DNA of 64,000 bases from a bacterium (lineage in GTDB: Bacteria; Patescibacteriota; Minisyncoccia; UBA6257; UBA9933), in NCBI GenBank assembly GCA_021796335.1, contig JAJYHZ010000001.1, positions 331,870-395,869 of the forward strand, given 5' to 3'. The notes below the pieces were generated by a model. That model did no database searches, was not told the origin of the DNA, and was given only the letters and a program-made list of their open reading frames with translations. Below, piece by piece: positions 10,543 through 20,661 of this stretch. Each line of letters starts with the position of its first letter. The first letter of the stretch is position 1. Made by a program: the position numbers and the translations under genes.

Positions 10543-10578
10543 TAAAAATCCATCCGCCGCGGCGGATGGATTTTTATT
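10543..10578. terminator. Bidirectional intrinsic terminator
   Basis: aaaaatccatccgcc gc ggcggatggattttt between convergent genes. Confidence 0.85.
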
Positions 10579-10597
10579 TTAATTCTTAAGCCACGGC

Positions 10598-12100
10598 TTA
10601 AACCTCGGCTAAATCCGATCCTAATGATTTTTCCAATTTATGCTCGTCTTTTATTTTTATCCCCAGAGCGGTGACGGCTCCCAAAAGAAGAATAACCGCC
10701 GCCACGATATATACATTAGAATAAGCCACTACTTGAGCCTTAAGTATGATTAATCCGATAAATTGTTTTATTGTTTCCGGATTTTTAACGTAAAGAGAAC
10801 TGAACTGTGACGTTTTTATAACGTTCGAATTTATGGAATTGTTCAAAATAGTGGTGAATATTGCTATACCAAAAGCTCCCGCTATATTCCTCGCCAAAGC
10901 TAAAATTGAAGATGCGATTCCCACTTCGCTGACCGGAACACTGGAAGCGATAATATTCGTCCTCTGTGCCATCCCCAACCCCATGCCGAAAACCATTATG
11001 ACCATCGGGATTATAATTGCCAAGGGCCCGGAGCGCGGATCAAGGTACGAGAAAAGATAAACGCCAACTGTCGCGATAAAAGTTCCGCCGGCAATCACGT
11101 AGCGCGTTTGAACCTTCCCTATTAAACTTCCGCCCAAAGGAGAAGCAATCATTAAAGTAAACGCCATCGGCATAAAGAGATAGCCGGCCTGAGTCGCGCT
11201 ATAGCCCAAAAACGTCTGGGCGAAAATCGGAATCAAAAAAATACTTCCCATCATCGCCATAAAAATTATCGAGGTATTTATAAGTGTGATTGAAAAAATG
11301 CTATTCCTGAAAAATTTGAAATCGACAATTGGTTCTTCATGGTTTCGTTCGATATGATAAAAAATTGATCCGAAAGCTATAACCAAAAAGTACATCAAAA
11401 AACTCCAGCCGGAAAACCAGCCCCAATTAAGACCCTGGTCGAGAACTAAAACCAAAGCTGAAAGTGCCACCCCTAAAGTTATAGCGCCCCACCAGTCAAA
11501 ACGCGCCGTTTTTCTCTCTGATTTCGATTCTTCGATAAATGCCAGCGCCATAAATAACCCGATAAGTCCAACCGGCAAATTGACCAAAAATATGGACCGC
11601 CATCCGAAATAATCTATAAGAGGACCGCCGATAAGCGGTCCGAAAACCGATGCCATGGCAAAAGAAGCTGTCCAAATTCCCAAAGCTTGAGCTCTTTCTT
11701 TTCCGTTTTCAAAAGTGAAAGCTAAAATCGCCATTGCTGTCGGATAATCGGCCGAACCGGCTATGGCTTGAATAACCCGGAAAACAATCATGGAACTTAA
11801 ATTCCATGAAAACCCGGCTAAAATCGAACCTCCTATGAAAATCAGAAAACCGAGAATATATACCTTTTTCCGACCAACCGTATCGCCAAGTTTCCCCCAA
11901 ATCGGAACAAAAATCGCGTTCGCCAAAATATAAGCCGTGGCAATCCATCCGGCCGCTGAGACGGTTATCCTAAAATCGTTGATTATTTTCGGCAAAGCCA
12001 GATTAACCACCGTCTGATCTAATCTTCCCAAAAAAGTTCCTATGATGACGGTAATAAGTACAATCCATTTCAAATTTTTCCCGTCTTTTTTCGGCATCAA
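10598..12100 (-). CDS. DHA2/EmrB-QacA MFS efflux transporter
   Basis: LDQTVVNLALP, GKLGDTVGRK, GPLIGG, WRSIFLVNLPVG, ~14 TM. Confidence 0.92.
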   Translation of the reverse strand: MMPKKDGKNLKWIVLITVIIGTFLGRLDQTVVNLALPKIINDFRITVSAAGWIATAYILANAIFVPIWGKLGDTVGRKKVYILGFLIFIGGSILAGFSWNLSSMIVFRVIQAIAGSADYPTAMAILAFTFENGKERAQALGIWTASFAMASVFGPLIGGPLIDYFGWRSIFLVNLPVGLIGLFMALAFIEESKSERKTARFDWWGAITLGVALSALVLVLDQGLNWGWFSGWSFLMYFLVIAFGSIFYHIERNHEEPIVDFKFFRNSIFSITLINTSIIFMAMMGSIFLIPIFAQTFLGYSATQAGYLFMPMAFTLMIASPLGGSLIGKVQTRYVIAGGTFIATVGVYLFSYLDPRSGPLAIIIPMVIMVFGMGLGMAQRTNIIASSVPVSEVGIASSILALARNIAGAFGIAIFTTILNNSINSNVIKTSQFSSLYVKNPETIKQFIGLIILKAQVVAYSNVYIVAAVILLLGAVTALGIKIKDEHKLEKSLGSDLAEV

Positions 12101-12822
12101 TTCTTATAAACCCAAATTTTTGCCGACATTCCGTTTTTCAATTCCGGATACTGACCGGCATCGAATCTTATTTTTACGTCAAAATCGTTTTCCTGCCTTT
12201 GGTTGGAAATATTAAAAACCACGTCGGAGTTTTTTGAAGTCGGGCTTATTTCATCGACAACTCCCTGATATTGTTTCGAACCGAAAGCGTCAATGGTAAA
12301 AATAGCCCTGTCTCCGACATGAATCTCGTCAAGACCCTTATCCTCTTCAAGTTGGCCTACAACCCGCAATTCTTGCGGCTGAATCATCGTGACCACAGCT
12401 TGTCCCGGATTAAATAATGTTCCTATATTCTTGTTTACCGAAATAATCAGCCCTCCCACCTGGGATTTTATAAGCTGATTTCCGACCAAAGCGACTGCAG
12501 TATCCGGACCGATTGTGTCCCCTTCCTGGACATAAACGTTCTGAAGTATGCCTGAGATTTGCGGCGCCAGTTGAATTTGCGGCGCTGAAATTTGCGAATT
12601 TTCTATATAAACTCTCGAATCCGCAACCTTCATGTAAGCAAAAGCGCCGATCGCTCCCCCGACAACAAGAATCAAAAAAGCGCTGATCATCATTATTCTG
12701 CGATTCAGTTTCTTGATTTCCGCTTCTTCGGATTTAATTTCTTTTGTAATCTTCTTTTCTTTATCAATGATTTCTTTTTCCAAATTTTTTACAGAATTAT
12801 TCTCCATATTTTTATTCTCCAA
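12097..12822 (-). CDS. HlyD/EmrA-like membrane fusion protein (short)
   Basis: TM anchor, lipoyl half-motifs, G-x-V-x-x-I-S-P, LKNGMSA. Confidence 0.85.
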   Translation of the reverse strand: MENKNMENNSVKNLEKEIIDKEKKITKEIKSEEAEIKKLNRRIMMISAFLILVVGGAIGAFAYMKVADSRVYIENSQISAPQIQLAPQISGILQNVYVQEGDTIGPDTAVALVGNQLIKSQVGGLIISVNKNIGTLFNPGQAVVTMIQPQELRVVGQLEEDKGLDEIHVGDRAIFTIDAFGSKQYQGVVDEISPTSKNSDVVFNISNQRQENDFDVKIRFDAGQYPELKNGMSAKIWVYKN

Positions 12823-14392
12823 AATTAATAACTTTATCGCCCTCGGAAAGACCTCTTAAAATTTCTATTTTTCCGTCCGCGCTTTCAATACCCGTTGTTA
12901 CAATCTTTTGAATCGGCTGTCCGCCGGAACCCGGAATCAAAACAATCATTTCATCATTTTTTCTCATTACGGCTTCCCGCGGCAAAATAAGGACGCTTTG
13001 GTCTGTAACTGTAATAATGGAAACATTTGCCGTCATTCCCGCTTTAACACGGGAATCATCATTGTTAAATTGCAAAACAACTTTATAGCTTGGAGCTCCG
13101 TTAACGACGGTTTGAGCCGGATCTATAGTAACCACCTTGGCGGGGAAAACCGGACTAGAACCGTAAGCATCCAAGGTCACATTTGCGTCATTACCCGTTT
13201 TTATTTTAGCGATATCCGCCTCGGAAACATAGGTATCTATTTCAAACTGCTTGCCGGAAATAAGAGAAATTGCTGAAACATTGGGCGAAGCGATTTCCCC
13301 CAACTTGGCGTTAACCGCCGAAACTATTCCGGAAAACGGGGCTGTAATTATTCCTTTGGCAATTTGAGCCTGAACATTTTTCAGGGTAGCCAAATAATGA
13401 TCGACTTGAGCTTGTTGAGCGTCGATTTCTTCCTGCGTATAACCAGCCTTAGTGACATTTAATTGATCCTGATAAGTTTGCACAACCAATTTTTGAGATT
13501 TAATTGTCTGGGATTCGGCATTTAATTCAGAAATAGCGCCGTTTACTTCCGTTCTCGCAATACTTAAATTATTTTTATACGAATCTATGCTTGACTGAGG
13601 AAAAGAAGGGGTCGGAACCGCCGATGATAAAGCATTTACGAGAATATCCAGAAAATCTCGTATCGCCGCCAGATGGTTTTGTGAATTTTCGATTTCATTT
13701 TCCAGATCGGAATCGGAAGAATTTGAGCTCATAGTCTCAAGTTCCGAATTCCAACTTGCCAATTCGCTATTTACCGCCGCCCTCTGGGATTCAGAATTTA
13801 TTTTAAGTTGATTATCCGCGGGCTGAAAATTCAATGCAGGCAATTGAGTTTCAGGATTGGTAAAAAGATCATCCGTTTGCTTGCGTACGGCATCATCGGC
13901 TTTGGAATAAGCGTCCTGAATAGTGTCGTAAACGCCGGAATAAATGTTATTCAAATCCTGCTGAGCTTTTTGAAGCTGAGTAGTCGAAAGCGCGACCTGT
14001 TCCGGCCTCGGGCCGTTTTCCATTTCCTTGAGTTTTGCCGTCTGACCGTCTACGTCGGCCTGAGCCTGGTTAAGTTGCGCCACCAAATCGGAATTAGATA
14101 ATTCGACGAGAGTCTGCCCGGCCGAAACGCTTTGTCCGATTTGAACGTTTACTAATGCGATTTTCCCGCCTATTACGAATCCCAAATCGGCCGATTGAGC
14201 CGGATTGACTTGTCCGGAAACATCAACTTCCTGCGTTATCGCACCCCTCTCCACCTGGGAAATTTTATAGGCGGGCAGAACGGAATTGGATTTGTAATAC
14301 GCATAACTCACTCCGGCAATTAAAATTATTGCCGCGCCGGCGCCGATAATATAAGGATGCTTTAATAACTGGATTTTTTTGATTTTATTCAT
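12812..14392 (-). CDS. Efflux periplasmic adaptor (MFP) with long coiled coil
   Basis: V-x-x-G-Q-x-V-x-x-G-Q-x-L lipoyl motif, ITAPFSG, GMTANV; start taken at MNKIKK. Confidence 0.88.
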   Translation of the reverse strand: MNKIKKIQLLKHPYIIGAGAAIILIAGVSYAYYKSNSVLPAYKISQVERGAITQEVDVSGQVNPAQSADLGFVIGGKIALVNVQIGQSVSAGQTLVELSNSDLVAQLNQAQADVDGQTAKLKEMENGPRPEQVALSTTQLQKAQQDLNNIYSGVYDTIQDAYSKADDAVRKQTDDLFTNPETQLPALNFQPADNQLKINSESQRAAVNSELASWNSELETMSSNSSDSDLENEIENSQNHLAAIRDFLDILVNALSSAVPTPSFPQSSIDSYKNNLSIARTEVNGAISELNAESQTIKSQKLVVQTYQDQLNVTKAGYTQEEIDAQQAQVDHYLATLKNVQAQIAKGIITAPFSGIVSAVNAKLGEIASPNVSAISLISGKQFEIDTYVSEADIAKIKTGNDANVTLDAYGSSPVFPAKVVTIDPAQTVVNGAPSYKVVLQFNNDDSRVKAGMTANVSIITVTDQSVLILPREAVMRKNDEMIVLIPGSGGQPIQKIVTTGIESADGKIEILRGLSEGDKVINFGE

Positions 14393-14504
14393 CCGCATGA
14401 ACTTCTTTATTAAAATTAGCAAGAATTTTAATTACGCAATTTTCAAAAAAGAAATTAATTATTTTTTTATATTCCGCATCGATAAATCATATGCGAGGTT
14501 CGAT
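14388..14504. mobile_element. Degenerate copy of the GIY-YIG TIR element (weakest copy)
   Basis: Ends ttcat-ccgcatgaacttc ... aaatcatatgcgagg-ttcgat resemble the TIR consensus ATCCCRCRCATAATTT. Confidence 0.4.
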
Positions 14505-14921
14505 ATTTTCGACCAGTTCTTTCAGCAATTTCGTAATAATTTTCACCTTTCTTTCCCCCATTTTTCTGAGGCTTTTTGATACCGGACTCGAATCCAGCCC
14601 TTCCCTTATTCTCTTTACCAAGGCTGAACCTTTGGAAGTTATTTCTATCGGGATTTTTCTCCTGTCTTTCGGATCAGATCGCCGTATTACCATTTTTTTG
14701 TTCTCTAAAAAATCAACCACCGGAACCAATGAAGGCGGACTCACCAGCATCTCCCGGGAAATTTCGCGAATTGATTTTTTTCCGGAATAAATAAGCGTCA
14801 AAACAGCGTATTGCAAGGGCGTCATTCCAGAACTGGTCTTTGCTAATCGTTTTTCCAAATCAACTTTGGAATATCTTAAAATCCTAGAAAGTAATTTTTT
14901 AATCTCTGTATTATTATTCAC
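14487..14921 (-). CDS. MarR family transcriptional regulator
   Basis: wHTH, LE-x-K-x-x-V-x-R-x-x-D-P-K-D-R-R motif; heads the efflux operon. Confidence 0.9.
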   Translation of the reverse strand: MNNNTEIKKLLSRILRYSKVDLEKRLAKTSSGMTPLQYAVLTLIYSGKKSIREISREMLVSPPSLVPVVDFLENKKMVIRRSDPKDRRKIPIEITSKGSALVKRIREGLDSSPVSKSLRKMGERKVKIITKLLKELVENIEPRI

Positions 14922-14992
14922 TTAATTAAATATTAACCAACTTAATCAATTTGTCAAACTGTTTTTATCTTAGCGCATTTGAGAAAAAAATA

Positions 14993-15013
14993 CCGTCCCG
15001 CTAAGCGGGACGG
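14993..15013 (-). terminator. Intrinsic terminator
   Basis: ccgtcccgc taa gcgggacgg with adjacent A-tract. Confidence 0.75.
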
Positions 15014-15039
15014 CTTTCACCTCCTTTCGTTTTTACTGG

Positions 15040-15396
15040 CTATCTCGTCTGACAACGCGGGCCGGAAAAATCATCATAATTACAAACCCAAGAAAAATTA
15101 CTTTCAGGAAAGATAAAGGACCTTCCCCGCAAACCATAGCGATCCAGGATTTTATCCCTGGCAGCGGTTATTGGCTCCAGTTTTTTGTTCTCTTGCCATT
15201 CCTGCGAAGTTTCGTTATTGCAAACTTCGCAAAACTTCTTTTCCAGCTGGTTCAGGCGGTTGTAATCGCCGCCCGACACCAGGCCTGCCCGGAGAAGTTC
15301 CCCGGGCGTATAGGGGATCATCCGGTATTTTACCACGAAGATACCGGATATTATGACAAATAAAACCAAAATTAAACCGAATCCGAATCCTTTCAC
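15040..15396 (-). CDS. Hypothetical membrane-anchored protein with CxxC
   Basis: GGAGG RBS, N-terminal TM, own terminator. Confidence 0.6.
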   Translation of the reverse strand: MKGFGFGLILVLFVIISGIFVVKYRMIPYTPGELLRAGLVSGGDYNRLNQLEKKFCEVCNNETSQEWQENKKLEPITAARDKILDRYGLRGRSFIFPESNFSWVCNYDDFSGPRCQTR

Positions 15397-15506
15397 TATT
15401 CACCTCCGATGATTTATTAACTGCTTTTAAATGTATACTATAATATAGAATAAATATCAATCGATGTTTATATAATTTATATAGATTTCTTTATTTTATA
15501 TACCGT

Positions 15507-15674
15507 TTACCTGACCATTAATCCGATTGCCATCCCCAGATAATACGGCCAAATCAGAATGGCCAAAATTCCTTTCCAAAAAAACGGGATCTGCAAAAAT
15601 CCTAAAGTAAACAGCCATCCGACAATCCATAAAACTCCGGAAAAGCTATGCTGTTCGATCTTAATTCTTTCCAT
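15507..15674 (-). CDS. Small (55 aa) membrane protein
   Basis: Manual translation MERIKIEQHSFSGVLWIVGWLFTLGFLQIPFFWKGILAILIWPYYLGMAIGLMVR; below the ORF-track cutoff. Confidence 0.7.
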   Translation of the reverse strand: MERIKIEQHSFSGVLWIVGWLFTLGFLQIPFFWKGILAILIWPYYLGMAIGLMVR

Positions 15675-15734
15675 AATTCAATTATACCAATAAATTGCAG
15701 AAAATGACTTGAATGGACTTGAGCGCAAATTTAT

Positions 15735-17792
15735 TCACGCATTCAGATTAATGCGGCGGAGCATCATTGCATTTATTACCACAATCACGGTCGAAGCGCT
15801 CATAAGAAGAGCCCCTATTTCCGGCCGCAATATAAACCCTATTCCCGCAAAAATTCCCGCAGCCGACGGAATCGTTATAATATTGTATCCGAAAGCCCAG
15901 ACAAGATTTTGAACCATTTTGCCGTAAACCTTTCTCGATAGAATTAAAAGTCTGGCGATATCTTCAGGATTATTTCTCGTCAATATAACGTCTCCGGCCT
16001 CTACCGCCACGTCAGTTCCCGCGCCTATCGCAATGCCGACGTCGGACTGCATCAAGGCCGGGGCATCGTTTACTCCGTCTCCGACCATAAGGACAATATT
16101 ATTTTTTTCTTGTAATTCTTTAATGTGCCGAAATTTGTCTTCCGGTAAAACTTCCGAAAAATAATCGTCTATTTTCAGTTCTTCGGCAACTTCCTTGGCC
16201 GCCAGTTCGTTATCACCGGTTATCATAGCCACTTTTATCCCGAGCGAATGCAATTTTTTCACAGCCTCATAGGATTCTTTTTTAATTTCATCGGCAAGAA
16301 CAATAAGCCCGATCGTTTTTTTGTCATCAGCTACAAAAATTATCGTTTTCCCTTTTTCCGAAAGCTTTTCCGCTTCTTTTTGGGCTTTATTAATGTCTAT
16401 GCCAAATTCCGCCAATAGTGATTTATTTCCAATAAAATAATTCCTGCCGGAAATTTTAGCGCGGCTGCCCTTTCCAATAATACTTTCGAATTCAGAGGCT
16501 TCCGCGAAATCCGTTCCTTTTGCTGCGGCATATTTAACAACAGATTGGGCGATTACATGAGAAGAATGACGATCTATGGAAGACGCGACTTGCAAAATTT
16601 CATCCTGATTGAAATTATCAAATGCCAAAATATCCGTAATTCCAAATTGTCCCCTAGTTAAAGTGCCTGTTTTATCAAAAACAACATAATCGGCTTTCTT
16701 AATTACTTCAAATTTTGATAAGTCCTTGATGAATACCCCGTTTTTCGCCGACAACGAAGTGGCTATCGTGGTAACCGTAGGTATGGCAAGGCCAAGAGCA
16801 TGCGGGCAAGCGATGACAAGAACGGTAATCGCGAGAGTGATGCTGAAAACAAATGATTCTCCTACGATAAAAAACCAAATAATAAAAGCCAGCACGGCGA
16901 CCGAAACGACGATAAAAGTCAGCAGAGCCGAAGCTTTATCCGCAATTCTTTGCGAATTTGGCTTTGTTTGCTGAGCCGAAGCGATTAATTTTTGAATTTG
17001 ACCTATGGTTGAACGCTCTCCAACACGGATAATTCTAACGGTTAAAAATCCGTCCATAACAATCGATCCCGCCACAACCGAACTGCCCCTTTGTTTTTCA
17101 ACCGGCTTTGACTCTCCGCTGATGAGCGATTCGTCTATATTTGATTGTCCTTCAATCACCGTTCCGTCAGCCGGAATTCTTTCTCCCGATTTTACGGAAA
17201 CCAGATCATTTTCCCTGAGACTGCCGATATCAACATCTTCTTCATTGTTGCCCGATAACCGGTGCGCTCTTTTTGGAAGCAGTTTTGCAACCTCCGCCAA
17301 AGCATCTCCCGCAGCAAGGCTTGAACGCGCTTCGAGATAATGACCGAATAAAAGCACCCATATAAGAGTTGCTATTTCAAGATAAAATTCTGCGTTAAGG
17401 AACGGATAGAAAGTGGAAGCAGCCGAAAATAAGTAACCGGCCCCTACCGCAAGCGACACCAAAGTCATCATCCCGTATTTACGCATTTTTATCTCATGCC
17501 AGGCATGCTGGAAAAAAACCAGCGAAAAACCGAAAATTATCGTTGCAATCCCGAATTGAATCCATTTATCCAAATTGAACGCCGGAAAGCTTAAAATCCC
17601 TGCAACAGCCTTATTTGTTAAAGCCAAAGGAACAAGAAGAACGGTTACGATTAAAAAGCGCCGCAAAAAATCTCGGGCCGATCTATTATTTATATCTGAA
17701 CCATGTTCCCCGGTATTATTCTGATGGTTTTCATGGCCGGAATGATTATGGTCTGAATGATCATACATATTTTTATAATTGCAACAATCCAT
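15735..17792 (-). CDS. copB: Copper-translocating P1B-3 ATPase (CopB-like)
   Basis: His-rich N-terminus, CPHALGLAIP, DKTGTLT, GDGVNDAPAL, YN, MSAST. Confidence 0.9.
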   Translation of the reverse strand: MDCCNYKNMYDHSDHNHSGHENHQNNTGEHGSDINNRSARDFLRRFLIVTVLLVPLALTNKAVAGILSFPAFNLDKWIQFGIATIIFGFSLVFFQHAWHEIKMRKYGMMTLVSLAVGAGYLFSAASTFYPFLNAEFYLEIATLIWVLLFGHYLEARSSLAAGDALAEVAKLLPKRAHRLSGNNEEDVDIGSLRENDLVSVKSGERIPADGTVIEGQSNIDESLISGESKPVEKQRGSSVVAGSIVMDGFLTVRIIRVGERSTIGQIQKLIASAQQTKPNSQRIADKASALLTFIVVSVAVLAFIIWFFIVGESFVFSITLAITVLVIACPHALGLAIPTVTTIATSLSAKNGVFIKDLSKFEVIKKADYVVFDKTGTLTRGQFGITDILAFDNFNQDEILQVASSIDRHSSHVIAQSVVKYAAAKGTDFAEASEFESIIGKGSRAKISGRNYFIGNKSLLAEFGIDINKAQKEAEKLSEKGKTIIFVADDKKTIGLIVLADEIKKESYEAVKKLHSLGIKVAMITGDNELAAKEVAEELKIDDYFSEVLPEDKFRHIKELQEKNNIVLMVGDGVNDAPALMQSDVGIAIGAGTDVAVEAGDVILTRNNPEDIARLLILSRKVYGKMVQNLVWAFGYNIITIPSAAGIFAGIGFILRPEIGALLMSASTVIVVINAMMLRRINLNA

Positions 17793-17928
17793 CTTTTAAA
17801 TCAAGGTTAATAAATCAGGATTAAATCGTCTTAAAAAGAATATCATTTGGTTTTGATAAATCCAACATAACAAAAACCGGCGCTTTTTGGGTCTTATTTT
17901 TTCAATGTTATTATAGTACACTTCTAAA

Positions 17929-18294
17929 ATGGATTCTTTGACTCCAACAACTTGCCCGTTTTGCCATACAGCAATTTCAGCTGCAGATTATTTTTGTCCG
18001 AATTGCGGGAAAAAATTAAAAGACAAACCTCCTGCAACAACAATATCCAAACAAATAATTGTCTATTTAGTCAGTTTGCTCCTGCCTCCATTCGGAATTG
18101 TTTATGCCTGGAGATATTTAAAACAAGCCGACGGAAAATCCCAAAAAATCGGGATTGCGGCCGTTGTTTTAACCGTTATTGCCCTGGCTCTCACAATTTG
18201 GGCAACTAAATTAATGATTGATTCGATAAATCAACAACTAAATTCTTTTAATTCTTCATACAATCTGAATAATCTCAATAATTACGGGTTTTAA
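17929..18294 (+). CDS. Zinc-ribbon membrane protein
   Basis: CPFC...FCPNCG plus 2 TM helices. Confidence 0.75.
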   Translation: MDSLTPTTCPFCHTAISAADYFCPNCGKKLKDKPPATTISKQIIVYLVSLLLPPFGIVYAWRYLKQADGKSQKIGIAAVVLTVIALALTIWATKLMIDSINQQLNSFNSSYNLNNLNNYGF

Positions 18295-18298
18295 AAAA

Positions 18299-18330
18299 CA
18301 AATAACCCGGCCTATCGGCCGGGTTATTTG
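18299..18330. terminator. Bidirectional terminator
   Basis: caaataacccggcc tatc ggccgggttatttg. Confidence 0.8.
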
Positions 18331-18403
18331 TCCTCACTTGTATTACGGCATTATACCGTTAAATTAGATACGATGCAATTATGGCATATTGGTGCGAACA
18401 ATA

Positions 18404-19138
18404 TTAAATCTTCCAATCGTCTATTTTAAAATCTCCGTTTTTTTTAACCGTGAAATATGCTTTCAAAAAAGCTTTTATATATGAAAACTCCAGAGACATT
18501 CCCTCCTTTTCAAACCGTCGCGGAGAACTTTTCACTGCTATCTTGGGATCAAAAACAACTCTTCCTTTTTTCCGGCTGATTATCATTGCTATGATTGCAT
18601 CATCTCCCCAAAACATCAAAGGAGGCAACCCGCCTATTTTGTCTAAAACTTCCTTTTTTACGGCAAAATTCCCGCCGATAATAACTCCCCCTTTTCGCCC
18701 GAAAACAAACAACAGTAATTTATCGACTTTCGGTAAAAATAAATCCGTAAAAATATGATTTGCCAAATTTTTAATTCCTTTGAATCCGTAATCAAATGGT
18801 CCCGAAACAGCAGCAACTTTTTCATCTTTAAAATCATTTTCTATCTTCGACAACCAATTTGCTGGCGCAATCGAATCCGCATCTAAAAAAGCGATTATTT
18901 CGCCCTCTGATTCCAAATAACCTCTGTTTCGCGCCATATTAGTCCCCCTTTTTGTTTCCAGTATGACTTTGTCGGCTCCCGATTTTTTCGCGATTTCCGA
19001 GGTCTTATCCGTCGAATTATTATCAACCGCAATTATCTCATAATCCCCGCGATTTATCTTCTGGTTTAAGAGACTTTTTATCGCCTGTTCGATATGCTTT
19101 TCCTCGTTATGCGCCGGTATTACAACTGAAAATTTCAT
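18404..19138 (-). CDS. Glycosyltransferase family 2
   Basis: VVIPAHNEE, DNNSTD, FLDADS, GGNFA, SPRRF; start taken at MKFSVV. Confidence 0.92.
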   Translation of the reverse strand: MKFSVVIPAHNEEKHIEQAIKSLLNQKINRGDYEIIAVDNNSTDKTSEIAKKSGADKVILETKRGTNMARNRGYLESEGEIIAFLDADSIAPANWLSKIENDFKDEKVAAVSGPFDYGFKGIKNLANHIFTDLFLPKVDKLLLFVFGRKGGVIIGGNFAVKKEVLDKIGGLPPLMFWGDDAIIAMIISRKKGRVVFDPKIAVKSSPRRFEKEGMSLEFSYIKAFLKAYFTVKKNGDFKIDDWKI

Positions 19139-19300
19139 CTCACACATAACTCCCGTCAGAGCGTCACAAAGTTATTCTTTGAATCTGCCCAATCCTTTAA
19201 CGTGAAGCCTTAATGTTTTCTTTCGACTAAAATAATTATCATTTATCGATTTTAGCAAATAAACGAAAAATAATTTGGAGAAGTTATGTGCGGAATTCAT
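19134..19300 (-). mobile_element. Internally deleted GIY-YIG TIR element with ATGAA target duplication
   Basis: TTCAT at both ends; TIR core CACATAACT; minus strand reads FFVYLLKSINDNYF|SRKKTLRLHVKGLGRFKE*LCDAL, matching both termini of the GIY-YIG protein at 61235-61495. Confidence 0.8.
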
Positions 19301-19302
19301 TA

Positions 19303-19941
19303 TCATTTTTTAATTTTTCTTTTTTTTCTAAAATAAAAAAACAAAACTGCCAAAACTGCTATAACAGCGACTGATATGTATATTCTTAATAAGCTGGGCA
19401 AAATGCTATAGCTCTTTCCTATTATATAACCAAGCATTATGAACTGACCAATGCCGAGTATTACTCCGGGAATATTAAATTCCAAAAATTTATCAAAAGC
19501 AAGATTAAAAGTTCCTGCTATAAAGGGCATAATCCATGAAAGCGGCCCGGCCAATCTGGCAGCAAAAACCGCGAAATTTCCGTATTTGTTGAAAAAATTT
19601 TCACCCCGTTGATAATTTTTTTCTGAAAAAATTCTGTTAAAAACCCGCCGCTTGTTTAAATACAAGAAAAAGCGGCTGCCCACTTTTCTACCGATCCAAA
19701 AATTAGTGCTGTCTCCCGATATGCCTCCCAAATATAAAGCCAATAATACAAACCATAAATTCAGATAACCTATCGCGACTAAAAATCCTCCTCCCACGAA
19801 AAAAATTTCTCCGTAGACAAACGGCGAAGTTATTATCAAAGTTTCAAAATAAGACCCCAAGAACAATATCAAGTAAGCATAGTGCTGATGCGTAAAAATC
19901 CATTGAACAAACGAATTAACTGCCGCTGGCAATGATAGCAT
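19303..19941 (-). CDS. DedA family membrane protein
   Basis: FE..P..GE, GD...FWIGR, F..YG..AVF..R motifs. Confidence 0.9.
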   Translation of the reverse strand: MLSLPAAVNSFVQWIFTHQHYAYLILFLGSYFETLIITSPFVYGEIFFVGGGFLVAIGYLNLWFVLLALYLGGISGDSTNFWIGRKVGSRFFLYLNKRRVFNRIFSEKNYQRGENFFNKYGNFAVFAARLAGPLSWIMPFIAGTFNLAFDKFLEFNIPGVILGIGQFIMLGYIIGKSYSILPSLLRIYISVAVIAVLAVLFFYFRKKRKIKK

Positions 19942-19950
19942 TTTTATTTA

Positions 19951-20661
19951 TTATTCGAAATCCTTGTTAAAAAATACTTTTAAATATTCCACGATGTAAT
20001 TAAAAATCATTTTTGAAAAACCGTATTTTTCAAACCTTCTCGTGGAACTTCTGACCAATAAATCGGGATCAAAAAGCACTTTCCCGACCTTGCGGCTTAT
20101 TAACATTGCAACAGCCGCATCGTCCCCCCAATATTTCAAAGGAGGCAATCCGCCGATTTTTTCCAATGCAATGCGTTTTGCCGCAAAATTTCCGCCGAAA
20201 ATCATTCCGTTTTTTCTTCCGAAAACGACTCTTAAGACGTCCAAACCGAAACCTAATAAATATTTATCATAGAATCTTAGAAGAAAATAAGGAAGCCCCT
20301 TAACTCCGTACTCATAAGGACCGGAAACAGCCGCCACTCCTTTTTTATTGAGATCCTCATCAATTTTTTCAAGCCAGTTAGGTATCGGACTTGAATCCGC
20401 ATCCAAAAACGCTACTATTTCCCCCTTCGAAATTTTAAATCCCGCCTGTCTGGCAATATTTGTGCCCTTTTCCGGCTCTTTTATTACCACATCCGCCCCT
20501 TCTTTTTTAGCCTCTTCGTACGTGTTATCCGTAGAATTATTATCGACAACTATAATTTCAAATTCGCTTCTGTCAACGACATTCTGCTCTTTCAAAGCTC
20601 TTATCGAGTTCTTAACATACTTTTCCTCGTTGTATGCCGGAATCACTATACTATATTTCAT
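19951..20661 (-). CDS. Glycosyltransferase family 2 (paralogue of 18404-19138)
   Basis: IVIPAYNEE, DNNSTD, FLDADS, WGDDA, STRRF. Confidence 0.92.
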   Translation of the reverse strand: MKYSIVIPAYNEEKYVKNSIRALKEQNVVDRSEFEIIVVDNNSTDNTYEEAKKEGADVVIKEPEKGTNIARQAGFKISKGEIVAFLDADSSPIPNWLEKIDEDLNKKGVAAVSGPYEYGVKGLPYFLLRFYDKYLLGFGLDVLRVVFGRKNGMIFGGNFAAKRIALEKIGGLPPLKYWGDDAAVAMLISRKVGKVLFDPDLLVRSSTRRFEKYGFSKMIFNYIVEYLKVFFNKDFE

